The translations under genes and the position numbers were made by a program. The notes under the pieces are model-generated. The model ran no database searches. It saw only the letters and a list, made by a program, of their open reading frames with translations, and was not told the DNA's origin. Shown one piece after another: positions 8,566-19,417 of a stretch of DNA of 64,000 bases (within the stretch, counting starts at the first letter, position 1; each line of letters opens with the position of its first letter). Source of the stretch: an uncultured Actinomycetes bacterium (lineage in GTDB: Bacteria; Actinomycetota; Thermoleophilia; Gaiellales; Gaiellaceae); the NCBI GenBank assembly GCA_963766725.1, contig CAVYBK010000001.1, forward strand, positions 87,822 through 151,821, read 5' to 3'.

Positions 8566-9619
8566 GATCTTCGACCTCCCCGTCGAGAAGATGCGGGAGG
8601 GCTGGTACACAGACGCCTACTTCAACCACGCCCGCGACACGCTGCTCGCGGACGGCCGGCATCCGCGCGTGGTCATGCAGGTCTTCCAGAAGAACGAGGC
8701 CGTGCTCGGCGGAATGGACGAGGCGCTCGCCGTCCTCAAGCTCTGCTCGCACGACTGGGAGGCGCTCACCGTCCACGCCCTGTACGACGGCGACGAGGTC
8801 GCGCCCCGCGAGACGGTGATGACGATCGAGGGCGACTTCACGCTCTTCGCCCACCTCGAGACCGTTTACCTCGGAGTTCTGGCGCGCCGCACGCTCGTCT
8901 CCACGAACACGCGCCGCGTGATCGAGGCGGCGAGCAGGAAGCCGATCATCTTCATGCCCGCCCGCCACGATCATCACAGCATCCAGACCGGTGACGGATA
9001 CGCGGCCCACGTGGCGGGCGCGGCCATCGACTTCCCCATCGGAATGACCACGGACGCCCAGGCGTCCTGGTGGGGCGGACGGGGCGTCGGCACCGTGCCG
9101 CACGCGCTCATCTCGGCCTACGGCGGCAACACCGTGCTCGCGGCGACGAAGTTCGCCGAATGGGCCGCTCGCGAGTCGCCCGACATCAACGTCACCGTCC
9201 TCGTCGACTTCGAGAACAACTCCGTCGAGACGGCGCTCGAGGTCGCCCGCGCGCTCGGCGACCGGCTCTGGGGAGTGCGGCTCGACACCTCGGAGACCCT
9301 CGTCGACCAATCCCTCTGGGAGGAGATGGGCGACTTCAGGCCGACCGGGGTGAACGAGCGCCTCGTGTGGAAGGTCCGAAACGCGCTCGACGAGGCCGGG
9401 TTCGAGCGGATCAAGATCGTCGCCTCGGGCGGCTTCGACGCGGAGAAGATCCGGTTCTTCGAGGAGCGCGGGGTGCCCGTCGACTCGTACGGAGTCGGCT
9501 CGGCTCTCATCCGCGGTCAGAACGACTTCACCGGCGACGTCGTCCTCACGGACGGCCTCCCGTCCGCGAAGGTCGGGCGTCGCTACAGGCCGAACGAGCG
9601 TCTCGAAATCGTGGTTTAA
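8525..9619 (+). CDS. nicotinate phosphoribosyltransferase-like protein (type II PRTase family)
   Basis: TDAYFNH N-terminus, ARHD, GTVPHALI, RLDTS, ASGGF blocks. Confidence 0.8.
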   Translation: MATTEQRRKRLPPEIFDLPVEKMREGWYTDAYFNHARDTLLADGRHPRVVMQVFQKNEAVLGGMDEALAVLKLCSHDWEALTVHALYDGDEVAPRETVMTIEGDFTLFAHLETVYLGVLARRTLVSTNTRRVIEAASRKPIIFMPARHDHHSIQTGDGYAAHVAGAAIDFPIGMTTDAQASWWGGRGVGTVPHALISAYGGNTVLAATKFAEWAARESPDINVTVLVDFENNSVETALEVARALGDRLWGVRLDTSETLVDQSLWEEMGDFRPTGVNERLVWKVRNALDEAGFERIKIVASGGFDAEKIRFFEERGVPVDSYGVGSALIRGQNDFTGDVVLTDGLPSAKVGRRYRPNERLEIVV

Positions 9620-9639
9620 GGTTTTGCACCCTCACGCCG

Positions 9640-11172
9640 ATGACCGTCGGGGTGGAGCTGATCGTGGACTTTCTGAGTTACCTCAAGGACCAGCTGTTCA
9701 CCTGGCTGCCCTTGATCTTCCTCGGGCTGCTCGTCTACTTCTTCTGGCGGATGCTCGCGTTCATGCCGCGGGTGAAGCCGACGGAGGTCGAGCCGGACTC
9801 GAAGTCGGCCGTGGGCTGGGAAGACATCGCGGGCGTCGACGAGGCCGCCGCCGAGCTCCAGGAGGTCGTCGATTTCCTCCAGAACCCGAAGCGCTTCTCC
9901 GTCCTCGGCGCGCGCGTCCCGAAGGGGATCCTCATCTACGGGCCTCCCGGGACCGGCAAGACGCTGCTCGCCAAGGCTGTCGCCCATGCCTCGGGCGCGA
10001 CCTTCTACTCGCAGAGCGCCTCCGCCTTCGTCGAGATGTTCGCCGGCCTCGGCGCCGCCCGAATCCGCAAGCTCTTCGACAAGGCGCGCAAGAACGCGCC
10101 GGCGATCGTCTTCATCGACGAGCTCGACGCGGTCGGGATGCGCCGCTCTGGCACGAGCTTCAACCGCGAGCACGACCAGACCCTGAACCAGCTCCTCGTC
10201 GAGCTGGACGGCTTCCGCGGCCCTGACGGCGTCGTCATCATCGGCGCGTCCAACCGCCTCGAGGATCTCGACCCTGCGCTCCTTCGCCCCGGCCGGTTCG
10301 ACCGGCAGGTGCTCGTCGCTCCGCCCGATCTTGCCGGCCGCGAGGCGATCCTCAAGGTGCACACCCGTGGAAAGCCGATGGCGCCTGACATCGACCTCGA
10401 GGTGATCGCGCGCCAGACCGCGGGCCTCACCGGCGCCGACCTCGCCAACATCTGCAACGAGGCAGCCATCTTCGCGGGCCGCGCGGAGCTCGGTCACATC
10501 CGCCAGCTCGACTTCGAGAACGCCATGGAGCGAGTGGTCGCCGGCCTGCAGCAGCGCCGCGTCGTCACCGAGAAGGAGAAGCGCATCCTCGCCTACCACG
10601 AGGGCGGGCACGCGCTCATGTCCCACCTCGTCGGCAGCCCTCAGCCCGTCCAGAAGGTCACGATCGTCTCGCGCGGGCGTGCCCTCGGGTACACGCTGAA
10701 CACGCCGCAGGAGGACCGCTACCTCCACACGAAGGAGGAGCTCCTCGACCTGATGAAGGTGCTGCTCTCGGGCCGCGCCGCCGAGCAGATCGTCTTCGGC
10801 GCCGTCACGAACGGGGCCGCCAACGACCTCGAGCGCGTCACCGATCTCGCCCGCGAGATGATCTTCGAGTTCGGAATGGGCGACGAAGTGTCCTCACGGA
10901 CGATGCGCGCGGACAACTACGCGCTCTCCGAGCACACGAAGCGCGTGCGCGACGAGGAGCAGGCTCGCCTCTGCGACCACGCCTTCGAAGAGGCCGTCCG
11001 TCTGCTCACGAAGCATCGCCGTTCCCTGGACGTCCTGGCCGCGGCGCTGCTCGAGAAGGAGACGCTCATGCGTCCCGAGCTCGAGGCGTTGCTGGTCGAC
11101 GTGCGGCCGGAGTCGGACGCGTCCGAGCGCGTCGGCACCCCGCAGGTCATCTCCCAGGCCGAGTCCAACTAA
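9640..11172 (+). CDS. ftsH: ATP-dependent zinc metalloprotease FtsH, short form with a single N-terminal TM helix
   Basis: GPPGTGKTLLAKAVA, IVFIDELDA, SRH region PALLRPGRFDR, HEGGHAL zinc motif. Confidence 0.9.
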   Translation: MTVGVELIVDFLSYLKDQLFTWLPLIFLGLLVYFFWRMLAFMPRVKPTEVEPDSKSAVGWEDIAGVDEAAAELQEVVDFLQNPKRFSVLGARVPKGILIYGPPGTGKTLLAKAVAHASGATFYSQSASAFVEMFAGLGAARIRKLFDKARKNAPAIVFIDELDAVGMRRSGTSFNREHDQTLNQLLVELDGFRGPDGVVIIGASNRLEDLDPALLRPGRFDRQVLVAPPDLAGREAILKVHTRGKPMAPDIDLEVIARQTAGLTGADLANICNEAAIFAGRAELGHIRQLDFENAMERVVAGLQQRRVVTEKEKRILAYHEGGHALMSHLVGSPQPVQKVTIVSRGRALGYTLNTPQEDRYLHTKEELLDLMKVLLSGRAAEQIVFGAVTNGAANDLERVTDLAREMIFEFGMGDEVSSRTMRADNYALSEHTKRVRDEEQARLCDHAFEEAVRLLTKHRRSLDVLAAALLEKETLMRPELEALLVDVRPESDASERVGTPQVISQAESN

Positions 11173-11185
11173 GCACCCCGGCGGA

Positions 11186-11191
11186 TAGGAT
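11186..11191 (+). promoter_or_regulatory. putative -10 box (taggat) for leaderless epimerase mRNA
   Basis: TAnnnT hexamer 6 nt upstream of GTG 11198. Confidence 0.4.
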
Positions 11192-11197
11192 CGGGGC

Positions 11198-11599
11198 GTG
11201 GACGTCCGTTCCGTCCATCACGTCGCGTTCGCCGTCTCCGACCTCGACGAGGCCGTCGGCACGTACCAGCGTCTCTTCGGCGCGGAGGTCGAGCTGCGCG
11301 GGCGCATGGAGGACCAGGGCGTCGAGGCCGCGTATCTGCGCGTGGGGTCCGGCCGGGTCGAGCTCATGAGCGCGCTTGCGGAGGACACGCCCGTCGGGCG
11401 CTTCCTCGCCAAGCGCGGCCCGGGGATGCACCACGTCGCCTACGAGGTCCCCGACGTCGCTGCGGCTGTCGGCGAGCTCGCCGCGGCCGGCGCCGACGTG
11501 ATCGACCCGGAGCCCCGCACCGGGCTCGACGGCCACGCTGTCTCGTTCGTTCATCCGGACTCCGTGCACGGAGTGCTCGTGGAGGTGATTGGTGGCTGA
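11198..11599 (+). CDS. mce: methylmalonyl-CoA epimerase (VOC/glyoxalase fold)
   Basis: HHVAFAV...LG...GPGMHHVAY.V.D...FVHP....GVLVE pattern. Confidence 0.8.
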   Translation: MDVRSVHHVAFAVSDLDEAVGTYQRLFGAEVELRGRMEDQGVEAAYLRVGSGRVELMSALAEDTPVGRFLAKRGPGMHHVAYEVPDVAAAVGELAAAGADVIDPEPRTGLDGHAVSFVHPDSVHGVLVEVIGG

Positions 11600-11822
11600 G
11601 AACGACCAGATCCGGCTCGAGATCGCCTTCGAAGGCGGTCAGATCATCGGCGGAACCGTGACTCCCGCCGTCTCGAAGGCGTTCCACGAGGCGATGGCCG
11701 GCAACGGTCCCGTCTTCGAGCTCGAGGCGCTCGAGGGCAACTTCCTGGTCGCGCTCGGGAAGGTCGTCTACGTCAAGCGCAGCGCGCGCGAGACGCAGAT
11801 CGGCTTCGGCTCGACGTCGTAG
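11589..11822 (+). CDS. small conserved hypothetical protein (DUF3107-like pattern)
   Basis: 77-aa ORF overlapping the mce stop by 11 nt. The C-terminal ...VVYVKRS...IGFG resembles actinobacterial DUF3107. The family call is weak. Confidence 0.45.
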   Translation: MVAENDQIRLEIAFEGGQIIGGTVTPAVSKAFHEAMAGNGPVFELEALEGNFLVALGKVVYVKRSARETQIGFGSTS

Positions 11823-11823
11823 C

Positions 11824-12374
11824 TTGCCGCCCGAGACCGACGACGTCCGCGCGCTCGTCGAGCGCGCGAAGCAGGGTGACCGCGAGGCCTTCGAGGAGCT
11901 CTACCTCCTCCACTTCGACCGGATCTACAGCTACCTCCAGCTCAGCGTCGGCAACAAGCACGATGCGGAGGACCTCACGAACCAGACCTTCGTGAAGATG
12001 ATCGAGTCGATCGACCGCTTCGAGTGGCGCAAGGTCCCGATCTCGGCCTGGCTCTTTCGCATCGCCCACAACCTCGCCATGGACCACTTCCGCTCGCGAA
12101 GGCGCTGGCAGCCCGAGGAGGAGCCTCCCGAGCCGCCCGGGAGCGAGGAGCGCTCGGCGGAGGACGAGGCCTTTCGCGCAATCGGACAGCAGAGCATGTT
12201 CGAGCTGATCGAGAGTCTCTCCGAGGACCAGCAGCAGGTGCTCACGCTCAAGTTCGCCTTCGACTTCTCGAACGCGGAGGTCGGCACGATCCTCGGCAAG
12301 AGCGAGGGCGCCGTGAAGTCGCTCCAGCACCGTGCGCTCGGTTCACTGCAGCGCCAACTGGCCGAAGCAGGCTG

Positions 12375-12375
<1 letters not shown>
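11824..12375 (+). CDS. RNA polymerase ECF-type sigma-70 factor
   Basis: Region 2 (FEELYLLHFDRIYSYL, DAEDLTNQTF, WLFRIAHN) and region 4 (LSEDQQQVLTLKF...EVGTILGKSEGAVKSLQHRA). TTG start. Confidence 0.9.
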
Positions 12376-13992
<1,617 letters not shown>

Positions 13993-14012
13993 CGCGCCAT
14001 TATCGCCTGAGC

Positions 14013-14843
14013 TCAGGCCTCCGGATCCACCGATCGCGTAGCGGCGACGGCGTCGAGCTGGTTCGCGTGGTAGAGGACGGCCGCTTCTGCGGTCCTCGCG
14101 GCCCGGGCGTCGTGGTGTGAGCCGACGGCGTGCAGAATCTCGGCGAGAACGGCCCGGTCGAGCCCTTCGGCGCGCTCCTCGATCAGGCGCAGGCCGAGGT
14201 GGACGTGGCCGAGGAGCTTGCCCTCGGGGGTCGGGAGGAAGAGCGGGCCGCGGTCGAGCTCTCGCACGCGCCCGGCATCGTGAAGGAGCGCCGCGGCGAG
14301 AAGGAGATCCGAGCGCAGGCGAGGGTGGAGCTGCGCGGAATCGCGGCTCAGGGTCGCCACTGCCACCGTGTGCTCGAGGAGGCCGCCCGAATAGGAGTGG
14401 TGCGAATCGGGCGTTGCCGGCAGCGTGCGCAGCCGCTCGCGAAAGACCGCATCGCCCACGAAGCGGTCGACGACAGCGCGCAGGCCGGGATGCGAGATCT
14501 CCGCGGCGAGGAACTCGAAGAAGCCGTCGAGCTCCTCGACGTCGCGCCGCGCCTCGGGGACGAGCGTCGCGGGATCGGCCTCCGCGGGCTCGAGCGAGCG
14601 CACCTCGAGCTGAAGCCGGTCGCGAAACCGCTCCACCCGCCCGAGCACACGAACCGCGTCTCCTTCCCGGAAGCGCTTGTCGAGAAGATCGACGTCGTTC
14701 CAGACGCGCGCGTCGATCCGTCCGCTCGAGTCCACGAGCTCGAGCGCGAGATACGGGTTCCCGCCCCGCGTTCTCAGGCGCTGCTTGCGCGCGACGGCAA
14801 AGAGGCCGTCGACCACGCGATCCTCGGCGAGCTCGGCGATCAC
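14013..14843 (-). CDS. OB-fold plus HD-domain nuclease (YhaM-like 3'-5' exoribonuclease family)
   Basis: N-terminal OB-fold-like LALELVDSSGRIDARVW, then HD-domain blocks GGLLEHT and LLHDAG...GH. Confidence 0.7.
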   Translation of the reverse strand: MIAELAEDRVVDGLFAVARKQRLRTRGGNPYLALELVDSSGRIDARVWNDVDLLDKRFREGDAVRVLGRVERFRDRLQLEVRSLEPAEADPATLVPEARRDVEELDGFFEFLAAEISHPGLRAVVDRFVGDAVFRERLRTLPATPDSHHSYSGGLLEHTVAVATLSRDSAQLHPRLRSDLLLAAALLHDAGRVRELDRGPLFLPTPEGKLLGHVHLGLRLIEERAEGLDRAVLAEILHAVGSHHDARAARTAEAAVLYHANQLDAVAATRSVDPEA

Positions 14844-14849
14844 GAGGCG

Positions 14850-14855
14850 ATTCTA
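14850..14855 (-). promoter_or_regulatory. putative -10 box (tagaat on minus strand) for leaderless YhaM-like gene
   Basis: 6 nt upstream of GTG 14843. Confidence 0.45.
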
Positions 14856-14872
14856 GGTCCGCGGACGGATGG

Positions 14873-14878
14873 TAACGT
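14873..14878 (+). promoter_or_regulatory. putative -10 box (taacgt) for leaderless DUF1015 gene
   Basis: 8 nt upstream of GTG 14887. Confidence 0.35.
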
Positions 14879-14886
14879 GCCGCGTC

Positions 14887-16003
14887 GTGCCGCATTTGAA
14901 GCCGTTTCGGGCGCTTCGCTACGACCCTGGAACGGTGGGGCCGCTGGATGCGGTCGTCTCGCCTCCCCACGACGTCGTCACGCCCGACCGGCGCGAAGCT
15001 CTCGTCACGGCGAGCCCGTACAACGCGGTGCGCCTCCTCAATCCGGAGTCTCCCGCAGAGGCCGCCAGGTTGATCGGCGCCTGGCAGGACGAGGGCGTGC
15101 TCGTCCGCGAGACGGAGCCGGCGGTCTGGATTCTCGAGGAGACGTTCCCGGGCCTGGACGGGGGAACGCGGACGCGACGCGGCCTGGTCGCGCGTGTCGA
15201 GCTCTTGCCCTACTCCAACGGCCAGGTCCTTCCCCACGAGCGCACCTTCGAGCGACAGAAGGACGCGCGCCTGGAGCTTCTGCGCGCCGTGCGAATGAAG
15301 CTCTCGCCCGTCTTTCTCGTCCACGAGGGCGCCTCGCCGGCGATTCCCGAGCGCGCGCCGGACATGGAGGCGACGCTCGACGGAGTGACGAGCCGTGTCT
15401 GGCGGATAGCGGGCGACGATGCGATCGCGGAGGCGCTCGGCCGCGTCGACGGGCGCCTGCTCATCGCCGACGGCCACCATCGCTACGAGACGGCGCTCGC
15501 CTACCACGAGGAGCAGGGAACGGAGGAGTCCGGTTACGTCCTTTCGACCCTCGTGAGTCGCGACGACGACGGGCTGGAGATCCTGCCCACGCACCGGCTC
15601 GTCTCCGGCGAGCCGCCCGAGCTCGACAGCTCCTTTCGGCTCACCGACATCGAGCCGAGCGCAGAAGCCGGCACCGCGGCGCTGGCGGGACTCGACCGCG
15701 ACCATCCCGCGTTCGTCCTCCTTCGCCGAGACTCGGCCCAGCTGGCGGAGAGCGACGGTGCCGAGCTCGACACCGCGGTGATCGACCGCCTGCCGCTCGA
15801 GGACGTTCGCTACACGCCGAGCGCGGTCGCGGCTGAGGAAGCGGTGCGTGGCGGCCGCGCGGATGCCGCATTCCTCGTGCGTGCGCCGACGCTCGACCAG
15901 GTCACTGCCGTCGCCCGTGCGCGGCGAGCTGCTGCCGGAGAAGACGACCTACTTCTTCCCAAAGCTGACGAGCGGCCTCGTCTTCTCGCCCTTCGACGAA
16001 TGA
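14887..16003 (+). pseudogene. DUF1015 family protein, one apparent 1-nt insertion near 15922 (as given it reads through into the next gene)
   Basis: KPFRALRYDP, LPHERT, ADGHHRYETA. The canonical end GELLPEKTTYFFPKLTSGLVFSPFDE* is in the +1 frame, and its TGA overlaps the downstream ATG. Confidence 0.8.
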
Positions 16004-16812
16004 CCGACTGGCTGGCCTTCGCCCGGCAGATCACCGCCGACCTGGACGTCGTCCTCGCCGAGCACCCCACGAGGCTCGAGCGGGAGCCCGTGGTCGGCGC
16101 GGGCGAAGGAGGGGACGAGACGACCGCCATCGACGCCGCTGCCGAGCGCGCCGTCGTCGCGCGCCTGGAGGAGCTCGCCGCGACCGGCGTCGAGTTCACG
16201 CTCGTCTCCGAGGAGCTGGGCGAGCGGTCGTTCGGCGCGGAGACGCCGCGGCTCGTCCTCGACCCGATCGACGGAAGCATGAACGCGAAGCGAGGCGTTC
16301 CGTTCTTCTCCGTCTCGCTCGCCGTGGCCGAGGGCCCGACGATGGCCGACGTCCTCTTCGGCTACGTCTTCGACTTCGGCGCACGCGAAGAGTGGACGGC
16401 GCATCGCGGCGAGGGAGCCTTCCTCAACGGCGCGCCGCTCGCTGGCCCCGGGCCGAAGGAGGACGTGGAGATCCTGTCCTTCGAGGCGACCCTGACCGAC
16501 TCGATCGCCGAGCAGATCGGGGACATGGTCGGGTTCGCCCCGCGGACGCGGGTGATGGGATCGCTTGCTCTCACCCTCTGCCACCTGGCGGCCGGGCGGG
16601 TCGACGCCGTGTGCTCGCTGAAGCCGGCCCGAAGCGTGGACATCGCCGCGGCCCAGCTCCTCGTCCTCGAGCGTGGGCTGGCCATCGACCTGCCGGACCG
16701 GCCGCCCTATGCAGAGGCGCCGCTCGACGTCAGCCCGCATTCGCGGGTGGTCGCGGCCGCAACTCCGGAGCTCTGCGCAGAGCTCTACCGCAGGCTCAGC
16801 GCAGGTCGCTGA
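16000..16812 (+). CDS. inositol monophosphatase / FBPase family protein
   Basis: EEL...LDPIDGSMN metal-binding motif, GSLAL, and a WD-like region. The ATG sits inside the ATGA overlap with the DUF1015 stop. Confidence 0.85.
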   Translation: MTDWLAFARQITADLDVVLAEHPTRLEREPVVGAGEGGDETTAIDAAAERAVVARLEELAATGVEFTLVSEELGERSFGAETPRLVLDPIDGSMNAKRGVPFFSVSLAVAEGPTMADVLFGYVFDFGAREEWTAHRGEGAFLNGAPLAGPGPKEDVEILSFEATLTDSIAEQIGDMVGFAPRTRVMGSLALTLCHLAAGRVDAVCSLKPARSVDIAAAQLLVLERGLAIDLPDRPPYAEAPLDVSPHSRVVAAATPELCAELYRRLSAGR

Positions 16813-17395
16813 GCCGGTCGAGCAGGTTCTGCCGAACGACGGGCCATTCCTCGTCCGTCACCGAGTACCAGGCCGAGTCGCGCAGGGCGCCGTCACGGAC
16901 GAGCATGTGCTTGCGGAAGATGCCCTCGAACCGGGCCGGCAGCGCCTCGAGCGCCGCACGCGAGCGCTCGTTCAGCGCGTCCGTCTTGAACTCGACGCGC
17001 ATGCAGCCGAGCTCGTCGAACGCATGCCCCATGAGGAGAAGCTTGGCCTCGACGTTCGCGCCTGTCCCCCAGGCCGCGCTCGAGAGCCACGTCCAGCCGA
17101 TCTCGAGCCCGCGGTGCTCGGGACGGAGAGCGAGGTAGCGTGTGCTCCCCAGCGGATCTCCGCTCCTTGCGTCCACCACCGCGAAGGCCTGATCGAGCCC
17201 GACGGCGGTCCTCTCCCGCGCCTCCGCGAACCACTCGGCGAACGTCTCGCGCGACTCGATCGCGTTCACGGGCATCCACCGCCAGATCTGCGGGTCGGAA
17301 GCCGCCTGCCAGAGACCGTCCTCGTGCTCGGGTGCGAGCGGCTCGACGACGACGATCTCGCCCTCGAGTCGCGGCGCGATCCGCTCCCAGCTCAC
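16796..17395 (-). CDS. GNAT family N-acetyltransferase (RimJ/RimL-like)
   Basis: LEIGWTWL...G.G...EAKLL....F...G..RVEFKTD.LNERSR.A.E pattern. Confidence 0.8.
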   Translation of the reverse strand: MSWERIAPRLEGEIVVVEPLAPEHEDGLWQAASDPQIWRWMPVNAIESRETFAEWFAEARERTAVGLDQAFAVVDARSGDPLGSTRYLALRPEHRGLEIGWTWLSSAAWGTGANVEAKLLLMGHAFDELGCMRVEFKTDALNERSRAALEALPARFEGIFRKHMLVRDGALRDSAWYSVTDEEWPVVRQNLLDRLSDLR

Positions 17396-18417
17396 GCGGG
17401 GACGATGAAGACCGGCGTGCCGACGGAGACGTGCGCGAAGACCGTCTCCGCGTCGGGGATGCGCATGCGGATGCAGCCGTGCGAGGCCGAGTAGCCGATC
17501 GACGCGGCATCAGGGGTGCCGTGGATCCCGACGCCGGGCGCGGAAAGGCCCATCCAACGCGTGCCGAGGGGATTGCCGGGCCCGGGCGGCACCGGGGTGA
17601 GGCCGGCTGCCCAGGGCGAATCGGGCGGATACCACCACGGGTTCTCTTGCTTCGTGACGATCGCGAACTGGCCAAGGGGTGTGGGGTAGATCGCCTGTCC
17701 GGTGGCGACTCCGAAGGTCCCCCAGCGATGCTTTCCGTCCCAGACGACGAGGCGGTTTGAGCTTCGCTCGATCACGATCACGGACTTGAAGCTCGACGCG
17801 GTGACCGCCGGCTTCGTGTGCTTGAACGGGATGCGGACCGGCGTGCGGTCCCCGGCGGTGAGCGCGGTGTCGAGCTCGGAGAAGAGAGCGCGCTGCCGGA
17901 CCGAGAGGCCCTTTTCGTCCGCTTTGACGACCGGCCGAAGCTTGACCAGGACGACCTTCGCATCGCGCGCCTCGCGCGCATAGCGCCTGTTCAACGAGGC
18001 GATATAGCGCTGCAGCCGGGCGTGGTCGACGTCGACGGCCAGCTCGACGTTCTCACCGGGCTTCGCGCGGAGGGCGCCGGCGACGGCATCGGCGACGAGG
18101 GCGTGCGCACCGAGCTTCCCGGGCGCGACGAGCCTGATGCGGCTGTCGGTCGTGAGCACGAGGCGCTCGGCGAACGCGTCCTCCGTCGCGGAGGCCGCCT
18201 GGTGGGCGGTGTAGCCGCCGACCGGGACTCCGGCGATCGTGACGCCGTCGGCGATCACGCGCTCGCCGCTCCCCTTCGTGTTTCGCCCCAACGGGTCCCC
18301 CGCGCGGGCGACCGCGACCGCGGCGACGAGCCCGACGAGCACGAGGACGAGCGGCGCGCCGGCTCTCAGCCAGGGGCGGCGCGTGCGGTATTTCCGGTAG
18401 CCCATGTTTTCGGTCAT
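17392..18417 (-). CDS. L,D-transpeptidase (YkuD domain) with N-terminal TM anchor
   Basis: C-terminal catalytic block GIHGTP....IGYSASHGCIRM. Confidence 0.85.
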   Translation of the reverse strand: MTENMGYRKYRTRRPWLRAGAPLVLVLVGLVAAVAVARAGDPLGRNTKGSGERVIADGVTIAGVPVGGYTAHQAASATEDAFAERLVLTTDSRIRLVAPGKLGAHALVADAVAGALRAKPGENVELAVDVDHARLQRYIASLNRRYAREARDAKVVLVKLRPVVKADEKGLSVRQRALFSELDTALTAGDRTPVRIPFKHTKPAVTASSFKSVIVIERSSNRLVVWDGKHRWGTFGVATGQAIYPTPLGQFAIVTKQENPWWYPPDSPWAAGLTPVPPGPGNPLGTRWMGLSAPGVGIHGTPDAASIGYSASHGCIRMRIPDAETVFAHVSVGTPVFIVPA

Positions 18418-18418
18418 A

Positions 18419-19345
18419 TCACGAAGACGGCGTCAGAACGACCGGGATCCGGACCTCGTGCGGGGGCGTTCCGGTTCCCGCCGCGTCGTCGTCGTGAACG
18501 ATGATTAGACCACGCGTTGCCGACGTGACCTCATACGGGACCCGGACGAAAAAGGTTCCACGGCAGCCGGTCCCGCACGTGGCGGTCGTGAAAGCGCTGC
18601 CGACGACCTTGCCGCTCGCGTCGACGACCTCCACCTGCACGTTCGCCTCGAACACGTTCGCGGTGCCCTGGACGACCACCGGGTTGTGGACGCGCACACC
18701 GATCTGCGGGTCGACGACGAGGATTGCGGGCAGGAGATCTCTGTAGTCCTTGCGGGTCACCGGCTCGTCCACGACCACGCCCTCGCCGCCCAGCACGTCG
18801 ACCCGCTGGCCGTCGAGCTCGAAGAGGACGCCCTTGACCGTCGGGAACTGGGTCAGCGTGTAGACGACCTGTGCGATCCGCATGTTCATCGACGCGGAGC
18901 CGCCGCCGGACTCGAACTCGGACGTGAGGTCGACCGTCGCGACCCCGTCCTCGATGGTCAGGCCGAGCAGCTGGGAGCCCGCCGGGATCTGGGAGCCCAC
19001 CGCGGCCGCCTGCTCGCGCGAGCTCGGGCCGGAGAGGAGAGATTCCATGGCCGCGGTGGCGATCCGCGGAGTGGAGGGCTCTTCACGCCTCACCACGAAG
19101 AGCGACTCGCCCCGGGTGAACCAGACCTCGTAGGTGACGACGGTCAGCGTGCCGCTCGAGGTCGAGGATCCGCCTTCGCTGACGACGCTCGTCGTCCCGG
19201 CGGAGGTTCCCGCAACCTCTCCGCCCGGTGCCGCGGTCGGGACCGGGCCTGCGGACTCGGCGCCACGGCCGACGCCGCAGCTCGCGGCGACGATGCCGAG
19301 GAGGGCTGCGACGATGACTGCGAGTGCTCCGATCACGACCTTCAT
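18419..19345 (-). CDS. lipoprotein with GerMN and Gmad2-like domains (small LpqB-like)
   Basis: Lipobox VAASC after a signal peptide, a GerMN-like middle region and an Ig-like C-terminus. AAGGAG Shine-Dalgarno sequence upstream. Confidence 0.7.
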   Translation of the reverse strand: MKVVIGALAVIVAALLGIVAASCGVGRGAESAGPVPTAAPGGEVAGTSAGTTSVVSEGGSSTSSGTLTVVTYEVWFTRGESLFVVRREEPSTPRIATAAMESLLSGPSSREQAAAVGSQIPAGSQLLGLTIEDGVATVDLTSEFESGGGSASMNMRIAQVVYTLTQFPTVKGVLFELDGQRVDVLGGEGVVVDEPVTRKDYRDLLPAILVVDPQIGVRVHNPVVVQGTANVFEANVQVEVVDASGKVVGSAFTTATCGTGCRGTFFVRVPYEVTSATRGLIIVHDDDAAGTGTPPHEVRIPVVLTPSS

Positions 19346-19417
19346 GGCGTCTCCTTGGTGGGTACGCCCTGGATCGTCGACGTCCTGCGCAACCGGCCGC
19401 TTGCCGCCGGGTAACGA

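Noticed and set aside
14869-16812. A 647-aa ORF as a genuine bifunctional DUF1015-monophosphatase fusion.
   Set aside because: The canonical DUF1015 C-terminus, with its own stop overlapping the monophosphatase ATG, is present in the +1 frame. The fusion is explained by a single extra base.
16796-16812. Convergent gene-end overlaps (16796-16812, 4442-4445, 24644-24647, 26899-26957) as antisense regulatory devices.
   Set aside because: Short 3'-end overlaps are common in compact GC-rich genomes. The longest one (26899-26957) may simply reflect an uncertain stop of the hypothetical membrane protein.
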